Assembly (NCBI GenBank): GCA_030704615.1
Contig: CM060733.1
Span: 6,014,001-6,078,000 of the forward strand
DNA from: Takakia lepidozioides
Lineage: Eukaryota > Plantae > Bryophyta
Direction of reading: 5' to 3'
DNA: 64,000 nucleotides
Shown one piece after another: positions 52,153 to 64,000 of the stretch. A model generated the notes under the pieces. It saw only the letters and a program-made list of their open reading frames with translations. It had not been told where the DNA came from and did not search any database. The translations under genes were made by a program, and so were the position numbers. Position 1 is the first letter of the stretch, and the number at the start of each line of letters is the position of its first letter.

Positions 52153-55100
52153 CTACGATGATGAGTGCTTGACAACCCATTCTACCAAAGTTGGCACCGC
52201 AAACCCGGTTGCTCCTGCCTTATCTTTCCAGACTGGGCCAGCGATATCCAAGTGGGCCCATGGCAGCTTCTCATCCACAAACTGCATCCATGCCAGTTGG
52301 GACCTATGAGTATCCCACAAAAACAGCAGTCTTACCTGGCGCTGAAGGTAATATGCAGCCGCCAAGCACACCTGTCCATCAGAACCTCAAAGGTACAAAA
52401 ATTACTGCTTTTGATCCAAACAATCCTGACATCGAAGAAAACCTCACATGTACAAGGTACATGATGGAACTGACCTGCTTTAAAAAGAGTGAAGCAGTAA
52501 TGGATCCGCCTGCTCTACCACCTGTGTTCACCATATCTGCAATGCCTGACTTCATCATTTCCCAGTACCCCTCCTCCATCGGCATACGCCAAAGCTTCTC
52601 CCCAGCCTTCTTGGAGGCTGCAGAAAGCTCCTCTGCTAGTTCATCGCTTGGGGTAAACATTCCTGTGTTTCCAATCCACCCTTCCCTCAATACCGACAAC
52701 AAATATGTACCAAAGAAAGATTTGGGTTTTAGAAGAGACTCTTCTGCAATGCACATCATGCCACAGATTAAATCAACCGGTGAATGCGATCCAATCAATT
52801 AATGAGCCATTTGTTCATCACAATCCTAACTCGACTAGATCTGTAATCATGACTTCTGCCAGCGATTGTATCTCTTTCAGATACAACTCTACTGCTCAAA
52901 GCTTTCATGATTTCAGGACAGAGAAGTGGAGCTTTTAATGACAGCAATTGCACTACAATCCTGTCCAACCTTAGGCCGATAGTAGGACAAAGAGATGAAT
53001 AACTTACCCCCAATATCATTTCCAAGAGCAATGATGCAGGCTCCAGTCAAAGTTGCCAGATCAACAATCTGCACAGGGACATTGAGACCCTCACCGTCGC
53101 ATGTCGAACTTCATAACCTAAGACAAAACTTTGCATTGCAAAACCAAACATTCGCCGGAACATGCTAGACATAGGAACAAAGAAGCAAATATACATGTAC
53201 ATTACCCTCAGAGAGAGATGCTTCTTGTGACATAAAATGAGTTAACCAGCATGTCCAGGCTCAGCTTCAACTCTTGAGATATATAAAATGTACTCATAAG
53301 ACATTGTTTACTGTGGCCTTGTGGCCATAGACCCCGCGCCGATTTGGGTGGACCAAAGGGAACAAATACCACCTTTGTGAGGGGCTCACAGAGGTGGTGT
53401 GACTTACCTTGATAAAGACAATTAGTTTGGGTTTTCCAGATATCCTCTAGAAAGCCCTCACACAAGCATCTACTTCCTGTGTGTGAACAGCCCAAAGGCT
53501 AGACCCCAACAGGGCCGGGGCTTTAGGCTCTGCCTCAAGATTTTCGAGTTGGTGAACAGAGGTGCAGGGACAATGTGCTTGATGGTCCTGAAGAGGGTCT
53601 CTCTGGTGAGAAAATCCCAGACAATATCAGAAAATGGATATTGTCTTCAGGCTGCCCACACATCGGGCAATTACAATCTCCTCTTCCTCTCTGCATCTGT
53701 TTATTGTTTAGAATCAATCTAGTGCCTAGCGTGGGCAGGCCTTTGAGATCAACCTTGAGGTCCTCGCCCATGTCACAGACTAGAAACAAATTCGGTTTTA
53801 TGCCTAACTTCATTTTCATCAGACAGTCTTTGGCGGCTTTGGACAAAACCCCCTCTTGGTCAGCTTCATCCATTAGGGTCAGTTCTTCTGAACTACTATT
53901 CAGATACTTGAAAACTGATCTTTGCTTGGTATTGTACCAAAGGTATGTCAATTCATATATTAAGATTGTACTCATAAGACGTTGTTTGCCGTAGCCTTGT
54001 GGCCATTCATATATTAAGAAATATATTTTTACATTCTTCTACCCTTTTCCGCCAAGACTTGGCCTGTTTAACAGGACGGTCTTGCTTCCAAGAAATAGCG
54101 TTGATTATCTCTGGTATGGGGCATGCGATTCAACTGACCCACCATCTGACCTTGAATTCATCACGTCGAAATCTTAAGGTAGGTATGCCAAACTCACCCC
54201 GAACAGCCACATTAGATGTTCTAGAACAAACCGACATGCTTTCTTTCAGCACCACGACCTGAATGGGTTCAAGAAATTCTGCATGGTTGGAATTGTCAAC
54301 CCACACAGCAGATGCGTACTCCAAGGCCGGCCTAATCTCTTGAGATATATAATGAAAAACTAAGAACAGCTGAGCCTTCTGATAGATTTGGTTAGTTAAG
54401 CAAACATTGTCAATGCTCAACTGAATTTCATAATGAATGGAGCCCACAAAACTCAGACAATTTGAGGGCAAGTGGAGCATACCTTGTCAACTTTAAGGTT
54501 GCCAGCATAAACCAGAGCATCTGCTAGGGTGAGCCTGCCTTCAGCATCAGTATTGTTCACCTGCATATTGACTCCATGATTTTATTCTTGCTGAGCAACT
54601 GCGAAACATGAGGTGCCTAAAACAAGCATGCCACCACCTAGGACCATTGATGCTGAATAGCTCAATTACCCATGGCAAGAGCTGCCTTTGAGTGGAGAAA
54701 ATCTTATAAAACAGTGGGCTCACAGTGAGGACCTGCCCTGGGAATTGGAAATCCCTATGTACCAGATATAGTTAACCCCTCATCAATCTTGCCTGAAACC
54801 AGATGTACTAATGCATCTTGGGAGACCAAGCACCATCGCTAGTCGAAAATCTCACAAGAGGGTGGGGTGATTATGGAGACACAAGGGAACAAGTTTGAGT
54901 GGTAGGATAGCACATCATGAGTACAGATGACAGCCTAATATTACTGGATGCAGATGACACTCCTGGCATACAGTCCAAACCTCAATTGTCTTCCCATTGG
55001 AAGCTGTGAGTATGTCACCGGGTCTCATGCCCCCTCCACTTATCATGTTCTCACATGCCGCAATGATAAAATGTACCTATCATCATCAACCCCAACATCC

Positions 55101-57761
55101 CAGAAAAATCACCGCTGCCATCAATCTGCACTCATGTGCCCCTCATCACAGACGCATGTCTATATAGCAGAGGTCAGGCGTCGTCTAGTTCCTGGAGTTC
55201 TCCTTTCCAGTAAAGCAAAAGCAATTCTGCCACTCCTTTTGTGTGATTCATCAATACTGCTTCACCAGATTCCATCCACAGCAATATCAATTAGAGAATC
55301 TCATTAGTCAAGGTATAGTTATCTGAACCTCCACGGCTGGAGGCTTGATTGCTGCAATTGCCTTCGCTGCTCCAAGTACCGCAGCTGCACCACCCATGTC
55401 GAATTTCATAAGCTCTATCATAGACCCTGGCCCAGTCTTCAAGTTATAGCCTCCACTGCCGAACCACAACAAAAGACAATAGTAAATGTATGGTCAATTT
55501 AACTGCAGAACCCATTTACTTCCATAAAGAACTAAACCAACTTAAATCCAATGTGTATTCAGATGGGACAGAAGACTAGTGTGAACCATGGTTAACTAGT
55601 CGAAGCCAACCACCAAATGCTTAATTGAGGCTTCTCACAGAGACCATAACAGGAGGCATCCAATAAGGGGACTGTTGGCAGGATCCTCTATTCCAGACAG
55701 CCATGCAGTGAAGTGGGCCAAACCATGCGGAAGACATCCATAGTTTCCCCAATACAGGAGGCACAGCAAGAATATATTATCTCATGCTCCATAAGCTGCC
55801 TCACTCCACCCTTGCCCCAAAAGAACCAGATAATTGTGGCAATCTCATGGCAGACTGACATACAAATCACACCTGTCAAAAGTCAATCCCTTCCCTACGA
55901 TTGCAAGTTTTGTTTTCACATTGCCAGAGGATGGCGTGTAGCGCAGGTGGATGAACTTGGGAGGGTTAGTGGAGGCAGCAGCCACTCCAAGGTAAGCCCC
56001 CATCTTTAGCTCCTCACATTCCTCTTTGTCCAGTATCTTTGCAGTTATGACATCCCCATGAGCCAAAGCGATGTTTTCGGCCTCATCTGCCAGCACACCT
56101 ACACAATAAACCCAATTTCTTAAGCGCACATCTGTTACATCATGATGAGTTCAAGTGTCCATGTTGAACCAACACCAAAGAGTCCCACACTGGGCGGGGG
56201 AATGCTTGCAGTCACTACCAGGGGAACGTAGCTGAGACCTTTCTTGCCACCCTCACATACTTGGGGTGAAAGTAGACACTTTCTGCAGGTCAATTGACAT
56301 GACTCTATATAGTGTCGAGTTGACAAGACCAACTGTCGTAGACTATAAGTCATGCATCAGTGCAGGCTCCTAACACTGTAGCTGCCTTTCACAATACAGA
56401 TAGATTTGGTTGCTACTTTGATATATGCTACCTATGCAACAAGACAATTTACAAGTGTCATAAGGAACATTACTCAACACAATGCTTGAATAAGTAATCC
56501 ACAGCAGTTATAGGTTGTCAATATGCAAATCATACCTACAGCAATTGTATAAGTAGTAGACTCTGAAAGTTAAGATTCTGCTTCCATCCAACCAGTCAGA
56601 CGGAACCTATAAGAGAAACACTTACTGGGAATAAGCACATTGGGAGGTGCATTGACCAGTTGTCTGGCAAGAATTACACCGCTACACTGTTGAACCATCT
56701 GCGTAACATGGCCCTCAAGTTCGGCACCCATGCGCAGCCCTATGAGCTCCAAATTCTTCAAAGATAGTTGCTTGGACTCTGATTTGAATCGAGTGTCCTC
56801 ATACGACCCCAACACAACCCCTGTCACAAGAGAACAGCCCCAACGGCGTCAGTAACAGATGCCATACTCTGGCTTTTTGTTTTGATCTGTTACAGTAAGC
56901 ATATGTTAGTATCTACTGGACAGCATTTTTAGCAGGCTCTAGAGGAGACTGAAGGGGGAATGTGGGGGTGGCAGACACCACCAGCTCTCATCATCTTAAC
57001 TGTGCTCATTCATGTCCAGGCTGTGGCTTAGTGAGGCCAACAAACCAGGTATCATGAACCCTGGCAATTTCCCTTAACCTGCAAGTGAATTGTCCGTTAG
57101 CAAGTTCCAGACTTAACCTTGCCCATTCTGGGACTGCAATGTTAATTCGACTCTAGCCTACCGTAATGGACCTACCTTGGAGGGGACCTTGGTTAAAGAA
57201 AACATTGTATGTGAAAGGCTCACCATCCTCAGCTATACTGATAGAGTCTTTACCAATAAGATATGAACATAAAGACCGTAAGATGTAGGCAAGTTTTTCC
57301 AGGTACATTACTGTTGGTTCAGCGTTCCACAACGCACCTCCAATTATTGCAGATACTGCAGCCAGCTTTCTATCACCAGTAAGCTCGTTAAAGCCAGATA
57401 TCCCAATCCCAATAGATGTAGCTTGTACAGTTTTGGCAGTCGTTGCAACACTCTCTCCTAAACCCTTCCACGCTTTGGTAGATGAACCGGCCGCCTCAAA
57501 TTTCCCAAGCCCAACCAGGCCCACTCGCTTGAAGCCATAGCCTACTATGCGAGCAAAAGTAGTCTGCCCAACTTTTCCTGAGAAGTCTTCCTCTGTTATA
57601 ATGTCTCCAAGAATGCCTCCCACAAGTCCATCCAGTTTCTTTAGCTGTGGATCCTCAAACCCTCCCTGTTCATCTCGGGTCAAACTGCCTTCAAATACGC
57701 CCACTACCAAGATATCGCCCTTCCACTCTGCTACATCCACCTCTGTTGGCTGCACAGCAAT
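52153..57761 (-). CDS. LAP: M17 leucine aminopeptidase, 5'-partial (first exon not found in window)
   Basis: Exons 57338-57761, 56626-56820, 55873-56098, 55329-55455, 54981-55076, 54483-54560, 53008-53068, 52475-52662, 52153-52281 join in frame. Motifs [43 protein letters not shown]. Confidence 0.95.
53286..54335 (-). mobile_element. 5'-truncated RTE-X-like LINE in a LAP intron
   Basis: 15-bp TSD CTCTTGAGATATATA. Runs from [12 protein letters not shown] through [14 protein letters not shown] to the family 3' end. Confidence 0.9.
53966..54004 (-). mobile_element. 39-bp RTE-X-like 3'-end insertion nested in the older copy
   Basis: Flanked by 15-bp direct repeat ATTCATATATTAAGA (53951-53965, 54005-54019). 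38 nt match the 3' end of 59203-61197 exactly. Confidence 0.9.
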
Positions 57762-58022
57762 CTGCACCAAGCACGATCACTCCTTTAGAGCGAGGGTCCA
57801 TTAAGGTATTCTCTCTACACTGTGGGCTTTACCTTCTCTCATGGACCAAACAGTCGTAGCACAAGGCCCCTGTAGCCTCTGGTTTAGTCGAGGTCATGCA
57901 CATCTGATCATGGTCCAACAACACAAGCTGTGGATGCTTGCTGTTGCCTGAAGAAGACACATGAAAGTGGATACCAACTAGACATACCAACAAAATGCAT
58001 GGACACACTACTGCACCAAAAG

Positions 58023-58136
58023 ATCAAGGTAAGTCACACTACTGGAGTGAGCCCCTCACAAAGGTAGTGCCTACGTTCCCAAACTGGGCACAAGGTCTCT
58101 GGCCACAAGGCTACAGCAAGCGAAGTCTTATGAGCA

Positions 58137-58189
<53 letters not shown>

Positions 58190-58415
58190 CTCTGTCATGT
58201 GGAGACCGAAGCATTCTGTTGATAGGGACAAAGGCCCTGATATATTGATAAGAAAGAGAGAAAGGGACAGAAAGAGAGACAGAGAATGGACTCATGAGAC
58301 TTTTTTGCCCTAGCCTTCTAGCCATAGACCCCCCGCCCAGTTTGGGCGGAAATATAGGGAACAGGCGCTCCATTGCGATGGACTCACTCCAGTAGTGTGA
58401 TTTACCTTGATATAA
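58023..58415. mobile_element. Two convergent (tail-to-tail) truncated RTE-X-like 3' ends around (TC)n/(GA)n
   Basis: Plus copy ~58023-58138 ([15 protein letters not shown]...LMST) followed by (TC)n. Minus copy ~58287-58415 (YQGKSHYWSES...SLMS). Confidence 0.85.
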
Positions 58416-58575
58416 GCAGTCTTCCCAAAGCTAATTCTACAGTATCTTGCGAAGGGGTTAGCAACCACTCAAATCAAAACTACGTCCGGCCTCGCACAAA
58501 GTGTTGTTGGGCCAAGAAGACTACTGTTTTAATCAGTGTCAAGCCAGGCACCTCAAGGGTTTTATTTACGGCCAC

Positions 58576-61500
58576 AGGAACTCTAGCAAATAGTAGCATG
58601 AAACTAGATGCAGTAACCATTCTAGTGTCCATCTGATACATAATTTCTCTTGATGCCTGCTCAGCAAGCTACAACTCTGTATGTTACAACTACGTATGTT
58701 TCTCATGCGACTTATCCCTGCTGCATATAGAGAAATGTTGTAGCACACCCAAAAAAGAGTGGCCTTCTACCAAACCAAGAAACAAGCAGAAGTGAAAAAA
58801 TTAAAGGAAATGTAAGCAGAGACAAGAAATTTGGGAGGTAGGTTTGTTGGACAGTTGCAGAAATGTAATTCCTGAATTTTCTCTTCAGATCTCTATCAGA
58901 TCTTCGCCACATCTGCCCACGCAAGGACTCACCTGAATCGAAGAGCCTTTGAGAAGTTACCTTTCTGGTCTCTTCAAAAACGGTCCACTTGCTAACCCAG
59001 ACTAGCAACCGAGTATTCTAAATAGTAGGTTCACCCAGATATACAAGCTCTATGGCCACAAGGCTACGGCAAGCTAAGTCTTATGGGCACATTCTTTGTC
59101 CTTCTCTCTCTCTCTTTCTCTTCTCTCTGTCATGTGGAGACCGAAGCATTCTGTTGATAGGGACAAAGGCCCTGATATATTGATAAGAAAGTGAGAAAGG
59201 GATGTACTCATAAGACGTTGTTTGCCGTAGCCTTGTGGCCATTGACCCCGCGCCCAGTTTGAGCGGGAAGGGACAGAACCTACCTCTGTCAGGGGCTGAC
59301 GTTGGTAGTAAGACTTACCTCCATATAAAGAATTAATCCGGGTTTTCCAGATATCCTCTAGAAATCCCTTCACACAAGCATCAATCTGCTGTGTGTGATT
59401 TGCCCAAAAACTAGGCCTCAGGAGGGCCTGGGCTTTTGGCTCAGCCTCGAGACTTTCAAAGTTGGTAAACAGGGGTACAGGCACAATTCCCTTAATAGAT
59501 TTGAAGAGAGCGTCTCTTTGGTGAGAGAACCCCGGACAGTGTATCAGAAAATGAATACTGTCTTCAGATTGCCCACACAACGGGCAATTGCACTCTCCCT
59601 TTCCTCTCTGCTTCTGTTTGCTGTTCAAAGGTAGGCTTCCTGCCCTGAGTTTAAATTTCAGTCTAGTGCCGAGAGTGGGTAGACCCTTGAGGTCATCCAA
59701 GATGTCCTCCCCCATGTCACAGACTGGAAACAAGTTCAGGGAAGTTTTCTGCCTAACTTCATTTTCATCAGACAATCTCATGGCAACAGACATGGCTGAG
59801 GACACTACAGCCTCTAAGTCAGATTTATCCAGCAGGGTCAAGACTTGCGGATCCAGGTCCAGGTCCTTGAGGATCTCTTCTACTCTCTTCTGCCAGGACT
59901 TAGCCTGTTTGACAGGGCAGTCCTGTTTCCAAGATATAGAGTCGATTAATTTAGGATATCTGGTGTTGGGCATATGTTGCAGCTGACCCCACCATCTGAC
60001 CTTGAATTCATCTCGTCGGGAGCTTAAGGACGGAATGCCAAACTCACCCCGAACAGCCACATTGGCTGTTTTGGAGCATGCTGACATACACTCCTTAAGC
60101 ACCCCCACTTGAATGGATTCTAGAGACTTAGCCTGGTTGGAGTTATCAACCCATATAGCAGATCCGTACTCCAAGGCAGGTCTAATAACGCGACAAAGCA
60201 TGGTTTTCTTAACCTCAGAGTTGACCCCTCTGCAGTGGAAAAATTTAGTGAGCCCCAGAGCTTTGCCCTTGCCAGTTTGAACAACTTTCCGGATATGTGC
60301 ATCCCAATTACAATTGGAGGAGAACTCAACGCCCAGGTAAGTGTAGGAAGGGAGGACTGGGATCTCTTGGCTACCCCACTGCCACTTAAGATCACTTCCT
60401 CCCTCTCCTCTGTCGTTGAATGCTACCACTGCACATTTGCTGACATTAGCCTCTAGCCCCCAAAGATCAAAGTATCTCTTCGCGCAATCAATCAACTCCT
60501 GGAGATTGGTTGGAGTCTCCCCTATGCCTGCGAAGTCATCCGCAAACATAAGGGCTGGTATGGTGGTATCACCCACCCTTAACCCAAATCCCTCACTTTC
60601 CACATCCTCGAGGAGTTGATTGATGAAAACATTGAAGAGCAGAGGGGAGAGAGTACATCCTTGAGCTACACCTTGGTCTATGTCAAAGAAGTTGGACTTC
60701 TGTCCGTTAACAGTGACACAGCTTTTGGTGTGAGCATACAAGTTGTGGACAACTCTCCACATCTTTCCCTTGATCCCACAAGACCAGAGGCGGAACCATA
60801 GGCCATCCCTCCACACTGTGCCATAAGCCTTTTTGACATCCAGGAAAAAGACATAAGTGGGTTTCCCTTCTTTTTTCCTTCCCTGGATAATCTGGCTTAG
60901 AGTGAAGATATGATCCACACAGCCCCTGTTTCGCCGAAAGCCAGCTTGGCCTTCGTGGAAACAACCTCTGGACTCCAGATCAACCTCGAGACGAGTACTT
61001 ATAACTCTGCAGAATGTCTTGCCAACAGCATTGAGGAGCGTGATGCCACGGTAGTTCCCCGGTTCTTCTCTGTCACCCTTCTTGTATAGATTGACAATGA
61101 CCCCCTGTCGCCAGCGAAAGGGGATCATTTCAGTCTTCCAGATAAGGTTAAAGAGGAGAACTAGGGCCTCTATCATGGGATCGCCACCGTGCTTGATAAG
61201 GGAGAGAGAGAGAGACAGAGAATGGACTCATGAGACTATTTTGCCCTAGCCTTCTAGCTATAGATCCCCCGCCCAGGGAACTCTACAGTTTAAGGCAAAT
61301 AGTAACATGAAACTACACGCAGTGACCATTCTAGTGTCCATCTGATACATAATTTCTCTTGATGCCTGCTCAGCAAGCTACAACTCTGTATGTTACAACT
61401 ACGTATGTTTCCATGCAACTTATCCCTGCTGCTTATAGAGAAATGTTGTAGCACACCCAAAAAAGAGTGGCCTTCTACCAAACCAAGCAGACGTGAAAAA

Positions 61501-64000
61501 ATTAAAGGAAATGTAAGCAAAAGACAAGAAATTTGGGAGGTAGGTTTGTTGGACAGTTGCAGAAATGTAATTCCTGAATTTTCTCTTCGGATCTCTATCA
61601 GATCTTCGCCACATCTGCCCACGCAAGGACTCACCTGAATCGAAGAGCCTTTGAGAAGTTGCCTTTCTGGTTTCTTCAAAAACGGTCCACTTGTAACCCA
61701 GACTAGCAACCGAGTATTCTAAATAGTAGGTTCACCCAGATATACAAGCTCTATGGCCACAAGGCTACGGCAAGCTAAGTCTTATGGGCACATTCTTTGT
61801 CCTTCTCTCTCTCTCTTTCTCTTCTCTCTGTCATGTGGAGACCGAAGCATTCTGTTGATAGGGACAAAGGCCCTGATATATTGATAAGAAAGGGAGAGAG
61901 AGAGACACAGAGAATGGACTCATGAGACTATTTTGCCCTAGCCTTCTAGCTATAGATCCCCCGCCCAGGGAACTCTACAGTTTAAGGAAAATAGTAACAT
62001 GAAACTACATGCAGTGACCATTCTAGTGTCCATCTGATACATAATTTCTCTTGATGCCTGCTCAGCAAGCTACAACTCTGTAAGTTACAACTACGTATGT
62101 TTCCATGCAACTTATCCCTGCTGCTTATAGAGAAATGTTGTAGCACACCCAAAAAAGAGTGGCCTTCTACCAAACCAAGCAGACATGAAAAAATTAAAGG
62201 AAATGTAAGCAAAAGACAAGAAATTTGGGAGGTAGGTTTGTTGGACAGTTGCAGAAATGTAATTCCTGAATTTTCTCTTCGGATCTCTATCAGATCTTCG
62301 CCACATCTGCCCACGCAAGGACTCACCTGAATCGAAGAGCCTTTGAGAAGTTGCCTTTCTGGTTTCTTCAAAAACGGTCCACTTGTAACCCAGACTAGCA
62401 ACCGAGTATTCTAAATAGTAGGTTCACCCAGATATACAAGCTCTATGGCCACAAGGCTACGGCAAGCTAAGTCTTATGGGCACATTCTTTGTCCTTCTCT
62501 CTCTCTCTTTCTCTTCTCTCTGTCATGTGGAGACCGAAGCATTCTGTTGATAGGGACAAAGGCCCTGATATATTGATAAGAAAGGGAGAGAGAGAGACAC
62601 AGAGAATGGACTCATGAGACTATTTTGCCCTAGCCTTCTAGCTATAGATCCCCCGCCCAGGGAACTCTACAGTTTAAGGAAAATAGTAACATGAAACTAC
62701 ATGCAGTGACCATTCTAGTGTCCATCTGATACATAATTTCTCTTGATGCCTGCTCAGCAAGCTACAACTCTGTAAGTTACAACTACGTATGTTTCCATGC
62801 AACTTATCCCTGCTGCTTATAGAGAAATGTTGTAGCACACCCAAAAAAGAGTGGCCTTCTACCAAACCAAGCAGACATGAAAAAATTAAAGGAAATGTAA
62901 GCAAAAGACAAGAAATTTGGGAGGTAGGTTTGTTGGACAGTTGCAGAAATGTAATTCCTGAATTTTCTCTTCAGATCTCTATCAGATCTTCGCCACATCT
63001 GCCCACGCAAGGACTCACCTAAATCGAAGAGCCTTTGAGAAGTTGTCTTTCTGGTCTCTTCAAAAACGATCCACTTGCTAACCCAGACTAGCAACCGAGT
63101 ATTCTAAATAGTAGGTTCACCCAGATATACAAGCTCTATGGCCACAAGGCTACGGCAAGCTAAGTCTTATGGGCACATTCTTTGTCCTTCTCTCTCTCTC
63201 TTTCTCTTCTCTCTGTCATGTGGAGACCGAAGCATTCTGTTGATAGGGACAAAGGCCCTGATATATTGATAAGAAAGAGAGAAAGGGAGAGAGAGAGAGA
63301 CAGAGAATGGACTCATGAGACTATTTTGCCCTAGCCTTCTAGCTATAGATCCCCCGCCCAGGGAACTCTACAGTTTAAGGCAAATAGTAACATGAAACTA
63401 CATGCAGTGACCATTCTAATGTCCATCTGATACATAATTTCTCTTGATGCCTGCTCAGCAAGCTACAACTCTGTATGTTACAACTACGTATGTTTCCATG
63501 CAACTTATTCCTGCTGCTTATAGAGAAATGTTGTAGCACACCCAAAAAAGAGTGGCCTTCTACCAAACCAAGCAGACGTGAAAAAATTAAAGGAAATGTA
63601 AGCAAAAGACAAGAAATTTGGGAGGTAGGTTTGTTGGACAGTTGCAGAAATGTAATTCCTGAATTTTCTCTTCAGATCTCTATCAGATCTTCGCCACATC
63701 TGCCCACGCAAGGACTCACCTGAATCGAAGAGCCTTTGATGAGTTGCCTTTCTGGTCTCTTCAAAAACGGTCCACTTGCTAACCCAGACTAGCAACCGAG
63801 TAGTCTAAATAATAGGTTCACCCAGATATACAAGCTCTATGGCCACAAGGCTACGGCAAGCTAAGTCTTATGAGCACATTCTTTGTCCTTCTCTCTCTCT
63901 CTTTCTCTTCTCTCTGTCATGTGGAGACCGAAGCATTCTGTTGATAGGGACAAAGGCCCTGATATATTGATAAGAAAGAGAGAAAGGGAGAGAGAGAGAG
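58576..64000. repeat. Intronic tandem array, unit 692-701 bp, continuing past the window end
   Basis: Near-identical units start at 61276, 61968, 62660 and 63361. A more diverged unit starts at ~58576 and is interrupted by the LINE. Confidence 0.97.
59203..61197 (-). mobile_element. Young 5'-truncated RTE-X-like LINE with uninterrupted RT and C-terminal CCHC ORF
   Basis: 700-aa ORF: NYRGITLL, QAGFR, FLDVKKAYGTV, GVAQGCTLSPLLF, LMFADDF, YTYLGV, CPLCGQSEDSIHFLIHC. No endonuclease (truncated). AAGGGA on both sides. Clade assignment is from motif resemblance only. Confidence 0.9.

Noticed and set aside
61290-63795. Repeated 68-139 aa ORFs in the array as genes
   Set aside because: Frames change between units through 1-bp indels and no domains are recognisable.
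61276-64000. Tandem array as retrozyme or Penelope-type repeat with hammerhead ribozyme
   Set aside because: I found no CTGATGA...GAAA core on either strand of the unit by eye. An Infernal search would be decisive.

Overview
Eukaryotic land-plant nuclear DNA, probably bryophyte-grade (inferred from a heavily pre-edited, moss-like mitochondrial atp6 insert and the transposon repertoire). Four intron-rich host genes lie on the minus strand: a TatD DNase (11021-18943), a Sec14/CRAL-TRIO protein (30091-~32856), calreticulin-3 (44475-50685) and an M17 leucine aminopeptidase (52153->57761, first exon not in the window). Intergenic space holds a decayed Ty1/copia element carrying an atp6 NUMT, two Ty3/gypsy chromovirus-type elements, non-autonomous Helitrons, L1 fragments and TIR elements (hAT, PIF/Harbinger, Tc1/mariner-like, and a TTAA/CCC piggyBac-like element). 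The most unusual system is an RTE-X-like LINE family seen here only in introns. It has no poly(A) tail, its ORF runs without a stop codon through the element 3' end in most copies, it makes insertions as short as 39 bp, and its tail-to-tail 3' ends are built into a ~692-bp tandem array in the aminopeptidase intron that the same LINE has re-invaded. All calls were made by eye; no database searches were run.
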